Positions 1-10,800 of a stretch of 42,489 nucleotides of DNA are shown piece after piece (the stretch's first letter is position 1; the number at the start of each line of letters is the position of its first letter). A model generated the notes under the pieces. It ran no database searches. It was not told where the DNA came from and saw nothing but the letters and a program-made list of their open reading frames with translations. This DNA is from Macrostomum lignano. Lineage: Eukaryota. The stretch lies in contig NIVC01004544.1 of the NCBI GenBank assembly GCA_002269645.1, positions 1 to 42,489 on the forward strand, read 5' to 3'. The translations under genes were made by a program, and so were the position numbers.

Positions 1-1334
1 TGAGGATCTGGGAGGCTGGCTCAGACACTGAGGATCTGGGAGGCCGCTGGCCCAGACACTGAGGATCTGGGAGGCTGAGGCTGACCCAGACACTGAGGAT
101 CTAGGAGGCTGACTCAGACACTGAGGATCTGGGAGGCCGCTGGCCCAGACACTGAGGATCTGGGAGGCTGGCCCAGACACTGAGGATCTGGGAGGCTGAG
201 GCTGACCCAGACACTGAGGATCTGGGAGGCTGACTCAGACACTGAGGATCTGGGAGGCCGCTGGCCTAGACACTGAGGATCTGGGAGGCTGGCCCAGACA
301 CTGAGGATCTGGGAGGCTGGCTCAGACACTGAGGATCTGGGAGGCCGCTGGCCCAGACACTGAGGATCTGGGAGGCCGCTGGCCCAGACACTGAGGATCT
401 GGGAGGCCGCTGGCCCAGACACTGAGGATCTGGGAGGCTGGCTCAGACACTGAGGATCTGGGAGGCCGGCCCAGACACTGAGGATCTGGGAGGCTGGCTC
501 AGACACTGAGGATCTGGGAGGCCGGCCCAGACACTGAGGATCTGGGAGGCTGGCTCAGACACTGAGGATCTGGGAGGCCGCTGGCCCAGACACTGAGGAT
601 CTGGGAGGCTGGCCCAGCAACTGAGGATCTGAAAGGGCGGCACAGCAACTGAGGATCTGGGAGGCTGGCCCAGCGACTGAGGATCTGGGAGGCTGGCCCA
701 GCAACTGAGGATCTGGGAGGCTGGCCCAGCAACTGAGGATCTGAAAGGGCGGCACAGCAACTGAGGATCTGGGAGGCTGGCCCAGCGACTGAGGATCTGT
801 CTGGGAGGCTGGCCCAGCAACTGAGGATCTGGGAGGCTGGCCCAGCAACTGAGGATCTGAAAGGGCGGCACAGCAACTGAGGATCTGGGAGGCTGGCCCA
901 GCGACTGAGGATCTGGGAGGCTGGCCCAGCAACTGAGGATCTAAAAGGGCGGCACAGCAACTGAGGATCTGGGAGGCTGGCCCAGCAACTGAGGATCTGG
1001 GAGGCTGGCCCAGTAACTGAGGATCTGGGAGGCTGGCTCAGACACTGAGGATCTGGGAGGCTGGCCCAGCAACTGAGGATCTGGGAGGCTGGCTCAGACA
1101 CTGAGGATCTGGGAGGCTGGCCCAGCAACTGAGGATCTGGGAGGCTGGCCCAGTAACTGAGGATCTGGGAGGCTGGCTCAGACACTGAGGATCTGGGAGG
1201 CTGGCCCAGCAACTGAGGATCTGGGAGGCTGGCCCAGACACTGAGGATCTGGAAGGCTGGCCCAGCAACTGAGGATCTGGGAGGCTGGCTCAGACACTGA
1301 GGATCTGGGAGGCTGGCCCAGCAACTGAGGATCT
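1..1334 (+). repeat. GC-rich minisatellite, ~27-28 bp unit (CAGACACTGAGGATCTGGGAGGCTGGCC and CAGCAACTGAGG.. variants), truncated by the window start
   Basis: Contiguous tandem copies without unique spacers; variant units are clustered along the array. Confidence 0.97.
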
Positions 1335-1890
1335 TAACCGACTACAAGTATCGATAATAACGTGTGTTGAATCTTGAAGCTCCCCAAAAAGAAGCACAAA
1401 GCGCGTCAGTCCCAAAGCAGAATGCAGAGTTTCGTATCAAAAGCAGAAGGCTCGAATTCCATTCTGAATGCAGCGGGCCAGACGGGCGCCCGAGACCGGA
1501 GATGCAGCCGCTGATTATTAAGCTTAAACATGGGTTAAACATAGGCAGACACGCGGGGACAGAGAAGGCAGAAACTCTGAATAATCAGGTAAAGGCTAGC
1601 CGTGTGTGTATGCGCTGAGATTGTACCAGCTTGCGAGCACGCGGTACATACTACTTGAGAAAAAACAAAGCCAGTGAATCAGTAGCACTTTTTGGTTGTT
1701 AAAAATGTTAATTATGGCAAAGAAAAATAAAAATTCAGCTAGTTGCAAAACATGCTAGGAAATGCCCTGCGGATCAGCCTGTGCGCGAACAGTGTCAGAT
1801 TAACTGAAGCACAAAAGAATATTCAATTAAATCTTCTCCTAGAAGCAGAGTTCTTCCTCCGTTCCCTTCTCCTCCCACAAGTTCCAGCAA

Positions 1891-3563
1891 TCACAGCTGC
1901 CCCCTGCTGAGCATGTGGGCTTCCACCGCGCGCCACAGCGCCGATATGTTGCCAGCGCCGAAACCGCGAGCGCCAACTCGGCTGATGAGCTCCAGGAAGA
2001 AAGTGTCCTCGCTGAGCAGCGGCTTCGTGAACACCTGCATCAGGTACCTACGGCCGCAGTGGAATTAGCGGAGTTACCTTTGCTATGGTAACACATCCCT
2101 GCTCTACAGCAGATAATCCCTACTCTACAGCAGATAATCCCTACTCTACAGCAGATAATCCCTACTCTACAGCAGTTAATCCCTCCCTATCCTACAGCAG
2201 ATAATCCCTCCCTACCCTACAGCAGATAATCCCTCCCTACCCTACAGCAGATAATCCCTCCCTACCCTACAGCAGATAATCCCTCCCTACCCTACAGCAG
2301 ATAATCCCTCCCTACCCTACAGCAGATAATCCCTCCCTACCCTACAGCAGATAATCCCTCCCTACCCTACAGCAGATAATCCCTATTCTACAGCAGATAA
2401 TCCCTCCCTACCCTACAGCAGATAATCCCTCCCTACCCTACAGCAGATAATCCCTCCCTACCCTACAGCAGATAATCCCTCCCTACCCTACAGCAGATAA
2501 TCCCTCCCTACCCTACAGAAGATAATCCCTATTCTACAACAAATACCTCTCCTAGTAGTATCTCACCGGCTATAAGGTGCACCTCACCTGTCTCTGCTGT
2601 CAGCAGGGCAGTCGTCGCCGCCACCTCCGTCGGCCTCGCAGTCCACCAGAATTTGATTATCTCGCACCGACTGCAGATCGAGCCCGGATTCGGCAATCTG
2701 CTGCACCTTGCCGATCTGCAGTGTTGGGAACATCCAGCACGCTCGTATTCAATTTTTACTGATATCGCTATCGTTAGCAAAGCGAAAATTAAAGGTATTT
2801 TCCATATTTTTCTACTACGAGTAGAGTAGTCGAGTTAATAAATTATCAATTTTAATTTTAATTTATCGATTTTTTCTGCATGGTCTTCTACCCAGCATAC
2901 CTCTTTGCTGTAGTAGGCAGCCGGGGGGTCCATGAACTCCACGCCGCGTTGCCTGTAGGCCGCCACCTGCTGCACAAAATTGTCCAAATGAATGGCCACG
3001 TGCTGCACACCCGAGCCTCCGTGCTCGCGCAGGAATGTGTTGATCTGGTTGGGGCCTGTGAGGGACAGTGTCATTTTCATTCTAAGCGGTGCCATTTTGA
3101 CTTTGAGCTGTGCCATTTTGACCCTGATCTGTGTCACTTTGACTCTGGTGTGCCATTTTGACTTTGAGCTGTGCCATTTTGACCCTGATCTGTGTCACTT
3201 TGACTATGAGGTGTGCCATTTTGCCTCTGAGATGTGCCATTTTGACTCTGAGTTGTGCCATTTTGACCCTGATCTGTGGCACTTTGACTCTGGTGTGCCA
3301 TTTTGACCCTGATCTGTGTCACTTTGACTCTGGTGTGCCATTTTGACCCTGATCTGTGGCACTTTGACACTGGTGTGCCATTTTGACTTTGAGCTGTGCC
3401 ATTTTGACCCTGATCTGTGTCACTTTGACTATGAGGTGTGCCATTTTGCCTCTGAGATGTGCCATTTTGACTCTGAGTTATGCCATTTTGACTCTGAGCT
3501 GTGCCATTTTGATTCTGAGATGTGCTATTTTGACTCAGATGTGCCATTTTGTCTGTCTGTTTA

Positions 3564-3596
<33 letters not shown>

Positions 3597-4138
3597 GCCA
3601 TTTTGACCCTGATCTGTGTCACTTTGATTCTGAGCTGTGCCATTTTGACTCTGAGTTGTGCCATTTTGACTCTGTGTTGTGCCATTTTGACTCTGTGTTG
3701 TGCCATTTTGACCCTTAAAATCTCATTTATAGATATTATGCACGCCAGCAAACTTGTTCAAACTTATTCCATCGGGAACTTACTAGATAAATATCCAATA
3801 TGTAAAAGTGGAAAAATTATTCTCGACAAAAACTGACCAGAGTTCAGCGATTCGGCGAACACGAACTTCAGTCCGGTGTAGTGGTCCCTGGCGTCCGGCG
3901 GCTCGTTCGATGCAATGGCTTTCAAGTTCATGCCGGAGTCCTTGTAGCGAACGGTGAAGCCGCCCTCCGTTTCTGTGCTGGAGTAGCAGAGTAATGCGGA
4001 TGTGCATGGGTAGACAGACAGACAGACAGACGAAAGACAAACAGACGGATAGACAGACAGACAGACAGACCGACAGACAGACAGACAGAAAGACGGATAG
4101 ACAGATAGACAGACAGACACAGACAGACACAGACAGAC

Positions 4139-4185
<47 letters not shown>

Positions 4186-4977
4186 CAGACAGACAGACAG
4201 AGACAGACAGACAGGCAGACAGACAGGCGCATACCTGTTAACCCTGTAGCGGGGCAGCTGGAAGATGCTCTCATACCAGGCTAGAATGCGGGCCGACTCG
4301 CTGGCATGGCAGGCTAGGGCCACGTGATCGATGAAGGCACCGCCACCGTCATCTTCCCCCTCCTGGTCCGCATCAGCTGATTCCGTGCGCTGCCTGCAGT
4401 AAGGCAAATTCAATGCGCTGAGCTGAATTTCAGTCCAATTGTCAAGCCATTCCCTCAGAATCGGCCCCGCCTTCTATCTATACTCTTTTAATAGCTTTTT
4501 AAAGTCCCCAGCAAGGCCGATCACTCACGCAGGCACCAAGTCGGGAAAGCAGGCCGCCAGAAACTGTCTCCTGGACATCTGGTGCCGCTGCTGCAGCACG
4601 GTGTGCCACAGGCCGCCGCTAGCCGGCGACTGAAATCGCAACGCAGGCACGGCGCCGCAGGCGGCCTCAACGGCAACTTCGGCGCGACGCCGATCGGCAA
4701 TGAACTGATCGAGGCGCGGCGTCTCAAAAGCAACGTCAACAACGCTGTCGGGCTGGGGGCCCAGTAGAGGCCGCAGAAGGAACCTGGCCCGGCCCTTGGT
4801 GACCAGGGCGCCGTGTCCCGCTCCGCCTGGGTGCACCAGGGTCGGCCGGAAGTTCAGGCCGGCGCACAGGCGATCAAGCAGACAGCCCAGTCGCTTGGTG
4901 TGAATCTCCACGTGGTGGACGCGCAGCGACAGCTGCGACAAGGCGGCCGGCGCCCCAGTCGCCATCGGCGGAAACAT
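1891..4977 (-). CDS. HPDL: 4-hydroxyphenylpyruvate dioxygenase-like protein, 395 aa; exons 4977-4529, 4393-4235, 3977-3838, 3055-2901, 2715-2588, 2047-1891
   Basis: All five introns are GT-AG and phase-compatible (2,2,1,0,2); the total is 1188 nt ending in TGA. Fe-binding triad motifs IDHVAL, VQHVAI and FFLELI are present. C-terminus [39 protein letters not shown] and FVFAESL match recalled HPDL (LVLAESL; [20 protein letters not shown]) rather than HPD (PINEP; RPTLFLEVIQR). Confidence 0.92.
2104..2537 (+). repeat. 25-bp minisatellite (CTACAGCAGATAATCCCTCCCTACC) filling HPDL intron 5
   Basis: About 17 near-perfect copies; period 25 (agcagataat at 2221, 2246, 2271). Confidence 0.97.
3080..3715 (+). 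repeat. Compound minisatellite (TGTGCCATTTTGAC-based ~20/~40-bp units) with an embedded (TCTG)n tract at ~3551-3595, HPDL intron 3
   Basis: Repeated TGTGCCATTTTGAC(T/C) core throughout. Confidence 0.95.
4012..4226 (+). repeat. (GACA)n microsatellite in HPDL intron 2
   Basis: Direct reading of the sequence. Confidence 0.97.
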
Positions 4978-5054
4978 TGGAGGTAGTGACTTTTGGTAGC
5001 AATTTCTTTAGCGAGGCACCGCTAACTGTTTATTGTTCAGCGGTCCAGAAGGAG

Positions 5055-5462
5055 TGGGTGGGTGTGCGAAGTGGGCCAGATGGAGTGGGGTGGGTGTGCG
5101 CAGCGGGCCAGATGGAGTGGGGTGAGTGTGCGCAGCGGGCCAGATGGAGTGGGGTGGGTGTGCGCAGCGGGCCAGATGAAGTGGGGTGAGTGTGCGCAGC
5201 AGACCAGATGGAGTGGGGTGAGTGTACGCAGCGGGCCAGATGGAGTGGGGTGGGTGTGCGCAGCGGGCCAGGTGGAGTGGGGTGGGTGTACGCAGCGGGC
5301 CAGATGGAGTGGGGTGGGTGTACGCAGCGGGCCAGATGGAGTGGGGTGAGTGTGCGCAGCGGGCCAGATGGAGTGGGGTGGGTGTGCGCAGCGGGCCAGA
5401 TGGAGTGGGGTGGGTGTGCGCAGCAGGCCAGATGGAGTGGGGTGGGTCTGCGCAGCGGGCCA
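5055..5462 (+). repeat. 32-bp G-rich minisatellite (CAGCGGGCCAGATGGAGTGGGGTGGGTGTGCG) between the small ORF and the HPDL ATG
   Basis: About 12 copies; period 32 (5101, 5133). Confidence 0.97.
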
Positions 5463-5751
5463 ATGAGTCTATGATTGAATAGTAAAAAATAATAATTGCA
5501 CGAAGACATCATACCAGGCTCAGAAAAGCCTAGAAAAGGATAGTTCATATATTTCATACCATGTTACAGAAGGCATTATACTGAAAATCTAACATGAAAC
5601 AGTATTCAAAGTACAGCGAATAATCAACTCAGCCTAAAGAAAGCAAGAAATGCGACTATACTACTAAGGTCTACAGTGCCAGTAGGCACTAGAATTTACA
5701 AACTTTGACGTTACCAAATTTATCTGCTTATTGTGTCTAACAGCTAAAAAG

Positions 5752-6102
5752 TCACTTTTTCTCATCCACAGATTCCACGACATCATATTTGTTCGCGGCC
5801 TGCTCAGCCTGTCGCAGCTGCTCCTCCATGCGCTGCCACTCGCGTCGCTGCTGGGCCTCCTCGCGTTCCCGTTTGCGAATTCTGGTCAGCACCTTCTGGA
5901 TCTCCTTGCGCGAATTCTTCTTGGACACTGCGATGCTCGACAGCTTAGAAGAGTACGACTGCGACGTCTGTAATTGACGGGCTGGAGCAGCGGCGATGAG
6001 GCGAGAGGGAAGCTGGACGAATTGACTGGGATGACGGAGCGCTGTGCTCAGCAGTCCGCTGGATACAGCGCTGACAATGGCACCGAACGGGCGGGCGGAC
6101 AT
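5752..6102 (-). CDS. Uncharacterised 116-aa protein; predicted mitochondrial presequence followed by a basic/charged helix
   Basis: GC-rich island in AT-rich flanks with codon usage like the neighbouring genes. A 3' acceptor TTGCATTGCAG|CGGCC lies 5 nt before the ATG. The N-terminal ~50 aa are S/A/L/R-rich with no acidic residues. No family recognised. Confidence 0.65.
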   Translation of the reverse strand: MSARPFGAIVSAVSSGLLSTALRHPSQFVQLPSRLIAAAPARQLQTSQSYSSKLSSIAVSKKNSRKEIQKVLTRIRKREREEAQQRREWQRMEEQLRQAEQAANKYDVVESVDEKK

Positions 6103-6289
6103 GGCCGCTGCAATGCAATCGTATGGAGGAAAATCCGATTATTATAAATACAATGTTGGCGTAACACTACTACTTAAAACTAGACAATAGTAGAGTAAGG
6201 AAGACATTATCGTGTTTTAAAAATCGATTGGCCGCTTTTACTGTACGCTCGTAAAATCATGCACTAATTAAATCTTGTCTGAATGAAAC

Positions 6290-6545
6290 GTGTACTGTAA
6301 CTATTTTGAGCCAATAAAAATTAACATGCCAGCGCGTACTGCTATTGGACGAGAAAATTATCACGTGACTATTTTGAACCAATAGCAAGAGGGCTCCGGG
6401 TTCGAGATATTTTTATTGAATGAAATGATTGTCACGTGAATATTGTAAACCAATAGCAAGAGAGCCGCGTTTGAGACTTGCTATTGGACGAAATGATTGT
6501 CACGTGACTACTGTGAACCAATAGCAAGAGGGCTCTGGGATTGAG
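6290..6545. promoter_or_regulatory. ~69-bp tandem module carrying E-box (CACGTG) and CCAAT boxes
   Basis: CCAAT at 6311, 6379, 6450, 6518; CACGTG at 6362, 6433, 6501, each exactly 11 bp before a CCAAT. Function is inferred. Confidence 0.5.
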
Positions 6546-7791
6546 ATATTTCTAAAGGTCGCGAACATTGTCAAGTAACTGCTCTAAGCCTATACTCTAA
6601 GCCTAATAGCATATATAGGCGCACTGTATTGGCCAGGATTTTCCAAGGTTGCCTTAGTTCACACAATAATATAATATAATACAAAAGTACAAATTTAAAA
6701 CGCCCAGTATTCGGCGGCGGATACGTACAACTTCCATTTTCGCGCATAAATCGAGTTTATTTTCGGCTGGATTGAATAATTTATATTTTATAATACAAGA
6801 CTAAAGTCTGACAGAAACCGACATCAAATCACTCTGCATTCTCTTATTTCTCTGTCTCAAATTCACAACAATTTACAGGCTTTTCAGTGTGATGAGTGAG
6901 CAGAAAGCAAATAGGCAGAAAGATTTCAAAGCGCGCGCCTCGAACCGCAACTCAGAGGGTGCTCATCGGTGGGGTTGGTGGCGGGGCGGGGGCAGCTATT
7001 TCGAGTGGCGCTTGACTCGAGCAAAAAATAGAAGACAAAATTGAGGCAAATTTATTGGTAAAAATGAAATTGAACTGAAGCTTCAGCTCAATAATGCTCA
7101 GCGCAGATCACGGGGAGCTAGTGAGGCGTGAGAAGTGCAGGAACTGACAGAAAGAACCGATCTGTGTAGCCGGGGAAAAAACAAACAAAAAAACAGAGAC
7201 AGCAACATTAATGAGTAACATAGATCACGTGATCACAAATTAGCAGCTGGGAAAGCCTAACGTGATGAGGGAAGAAGCGCGACCGATTTTATCGATTGAA
7301 TAAAATAATAAATAATATTAGATAATATATATCGCAAGTCTGTAAGGCAACAGAAGGAATAAAGATTACATAATATAAATATATTTATTCTAATATAAAT
7401 AGACTGGCCTAGCCAACGATAGCTACAAGGACATTCATATGTATATGCGCGTGTGTGTATTGGATCGCCCAATTAAAATAGAGCGGACAAATCAAAAACT
7501 GAAATCTGCTCTTCATCACATAATTGATCATTACTAATGTGGTACATGTAAAAAATAACAGTGGGACACACGCATTTTAAGCAACAATATATAAATATAG
7601 TAAATAGTGCTCAATATTTTGAATGACACCTGGCGACGGGGAAGATTGATTGAGAATAAAATTCATAGAAATAAGGCATTGAACAATTTGGGTAAGCGCG
7701 CTCTGCCAACATGGATGCCCTGCAATTACACTTACGAGCGTATTATACGAGTAATAATCATATTTCTGGCAGAGATCTCTGCAACTATTAT

Positions 7792-7797
7792 TTTATT
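7792..7797 (-). terminator. Probable polyadenylation signal AATAAA of FAM193
   Basis: tttatt on + strand, about 60 nt downstream of the TAG stop at 7859. Confidence 0.55.
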
Positions 7798-7858
7798 CGC
7801 AATCAATTAGCTCAAAATTATGCTGAGACACTGGTGGAGCCTGAAACAGCCGGTTTGG

Positions 7859-10800
7859 CTATTTTCGCTTGCTGAACGACAGCGAGTGCAGATCGAGCCG
7901 GACCTTCTGCCGCTCCTTGGGCGCTTCCGTGTTCAGCACGAAACTGCGGGGGGGGGGGGAGGGGTGGGGGTTCTGCACTGTTGGTGGCGAAACTGCTGGG
8001 ATTGGGGTTCTGCACTGTTGGTGGCGAAACTGCTGGGGTGGGGTGGGGGTTCTGCACTGTTGGTGGCGAAACTGCTGGGGTGGGGGTGGGGGTTCTGCAT
8101 TGTTGGTGGCGAAACTGCTGGGGTGGGGGTGGGGTTCTGCATTGTTGGTGGCGAAACTGCTGGGGTGGGGGTGGGGGTTCTGCACTGTTGGTGGCGAAAC
8201 TGCTGGGGTGGGGTGGGGGTTCTGCATTGTTGGTGGCGAAACTGCTGGGGTGGGGGTGGGGGTTCTGCATTGTTGGTGGCGAAACTGCTGGGGTGGGGGT
8301 GGGGGTTCTGCACTGTTGGTGGCGAAACTGCTGGGGTGGGGGTGGGGTTCTGCATTGTTGGTGGCGAAACTGCTGGGGTGGGGGTGGGGGTTCTGCACTG
8401 TTGGTGGCGAAACTGCTGGGGTGGGGGTGGGGGTTCTGCATTGTTGGTGGCGAAACTGCTGGGGTGGGGGTGGGGGTTCTGCACTGTTGGTGACGCAATT
8501 GCAGTAGGCTGAGGGCCGCAAGCAAACCTTTTAAACTGCTCGACCACCGGGTCCACATCGTCATCCAGATAGCCGTTGGCTGAGGCGTCTCTGGGCCGAA
8601 ACACTTCCTCTGAAAGTGTACAGTTGAGGGAAGCATTAACAATCTGACTAGGGAGGGGGGGGAGGGTGCAGGGCAACTATAGGGTAAACGCGTTCAAACT
8701 CTCGCCCGCTCGCCCGGGTGCCCGCAGCACTCCTAATTCTTCTCTAAGCAGCAAAGTGACACCAAAATTCTCACCAATTTCATCCATTTTACTCCGGGAC
8801 TCTCTGTCGCGAGAGTTCTGCTGATGTTGCTGATGAATTCTTAGCGGCGGATAGTGCTGTTGATAGTGCTGCTGCTGCTCCGGCAACAGACTGTGCTGAT
8901 TGTGCTGCGACTGAGCCGGCTGATGCCGCGTCGGCTGTCTCTGGTGTTGCTGCTGCTGATGGTTCTGGACAGCCTGACGGTGCTGCTTCAGCTGCACAGG
9001 TTGTTGCCTCTGTTGCTGCTGCTGTTGCTGCTGTCGAGGTTGCTGTTGTTGTTGCTGCAGCTGCTGCTGCTGCCTGTGGCTTCTTCGCTCACCAGCGGCG
9101 GAACGAATGACATTTGGAGGCGCGGCTGCGGCTGCCGCAGCAGCAGCTGGCTGAACGTACGAAGCCGTTCCATTCTGCCGCTGAGGCTGTTGGCGGTGAT
9201 TCACGCGGCTACCCGCCTGCTGCTGTTGCTGCTGAAGAGGTCTTCGATTTGTTCCATTAACAGCACTATGCTGTTGCTGCTGCTGTTGTTGTTGCTGCTT
9301 CTGCTGTTGCTGTTGTTGCTGCTGCTGTTGCGGTCGGCTGCTTTTCGCAGGCGCGGACTGCGCCGTCCGGATTTGAGTCTGAGAGGCCTTGGCGTCTGCT
9401 GGCACGCGCTGCTGCGTCCTCGGCTGCTGCTGCTGGGCCTGCTGCTGTTGCTGCTGCTTTGGCTGCGCCTCTCGCGGTGACGACAAAGGCGGCTGCGGCT
9501 TTGGAGTCGGCGGCTTCACCACAGACAGCGTTGAAGGAGCCGGCGGGGGCGAGGAAGGCGGAGACGGCAAAGGCGACCGTGCAGCAGCGGCGGTGGCGGC
9601 GGCTGCTGCTGCTGCGGCCTCCGCCTTTTTCGCCCGTTGGCGCGCCTTCTTGGCCTCGCGTTTCGTCATCTTCTTGTCGGCGGCCGGAGCGACGGAGTCG
9701 TTCGCCGCTCCGCTAGAAGGCTTCTTAGACGAGTCGCCTTCAATGAACTTCACCAGTTCGTCGATGTCGGCTGTCCGATCTGGCACCTTCGACTTCTTTG
9801 ACTGCTGCTGCTGCTCTTTTGGCTGCGAATCCGGCTGCTGTTGCTGCTTTTGGCCATTCTCCTTCTTCTTCTGCAGTTTTAACCGCAGCTGTTCCCGTTT
9901 CTCAAAGAATTTCGGCGGCACGGGCGGCTGCTGGCCTCCGGTGTGGCCGAAAACCTCGCAGTAGCAGCAGTCGCAGTACTTGGAGTTGCCGCCGCCCCGC
10001 TGGCAAGTCGAGTCGCCCGACCCCGCGTCATCGTCGTCATCTTCTTCGTCGTCTTCATCGTCGTCGTCGTCCTCGTCGTCAACTCCAACGCCGTCGCCGC
10101 CGCAGCAGCGATGGCCGCAAGGAGCGGCAGACGCTGGCGCGGCGAGCGGCTGACTTGCAGAAGCAGCGGCGGCAGCGGCGGCAGCGGCGCAGGTCGGAAT
10201 CGGCTGCGGCAGGTGCGGCATCGGCATGGGCAGCGACGGCGGAGGAATCGGCGGCGGAGGTGACGCCGACGAGGAAGGCGACGCGGGCGAGGCCACTCGG
10301 GAGTTGGCCGGGACGCAGTCGGCCGGGGTCATCGGGTGGGACGGCAGCGGGGCGGACAAGCCGATGCCGGGCAGCCCGACGGCCTTGTATCCGTAGTAGT
10401 AGCCGTCCTCCGACCCGTCCTCATCGTCTGAGCCCGCGTCGTCGTCCTCGCCGTCTGCCTCGCCAACAGCGTCGTCGTCGTCGTCTTGCCTATCGGAGTC
10501 GGACGAAGAGCAGCTGATCGACGGAGCGTGCAGGCCGCAGGTGAATCGGTGCATAGAGCAGTGCGAGCAGCCGCACAGGGTTTTATGGCACTTCTCGCAC
10601 ACTGTGAAGCGACCGTCCTGCTGGCTTGGCTGGGCCTGCTGCGGTGACTGGTGCTGCTGCTGGTGCTGCAGGTGCTGGCTGCGTCTCTGCCTCGGCTGGT
10701 GACACCGGTGCAGCTCCTGCCAGGACTCCAGCAGCTGCTGGGAGCCGCGCCATCGGCTACTGACCTCCATCATAGTGTTGTCAAGCTCCAGGTAGGATTG

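Noticed and set aside
114-1268. Long minus-strand ORFs (ASQILS.. repeats), and equivalent ORFs at 3.0-4.3, 5.0-5.5, 7.8-8.6, 18.7-19.1, 20.2-22.5, 24.9-30.9, 32.7, 36.1, 38.9-39.6 and 40.6-41.1 kb
   Set aside because: Stop-free translations of mini/microsatellites, open in several frames at once.
1364-1618. 84-aa plus-strand ORF
   Set aside because: Non-ATG start, no recognisable motif, no supporting splice structure.
1891-4977. Assignment as canonical HPD (HPPD)
   Set aside because: Lacks the PINEP and RPTLFLEVIQR motifs and matches HPDL-type motifs instead.
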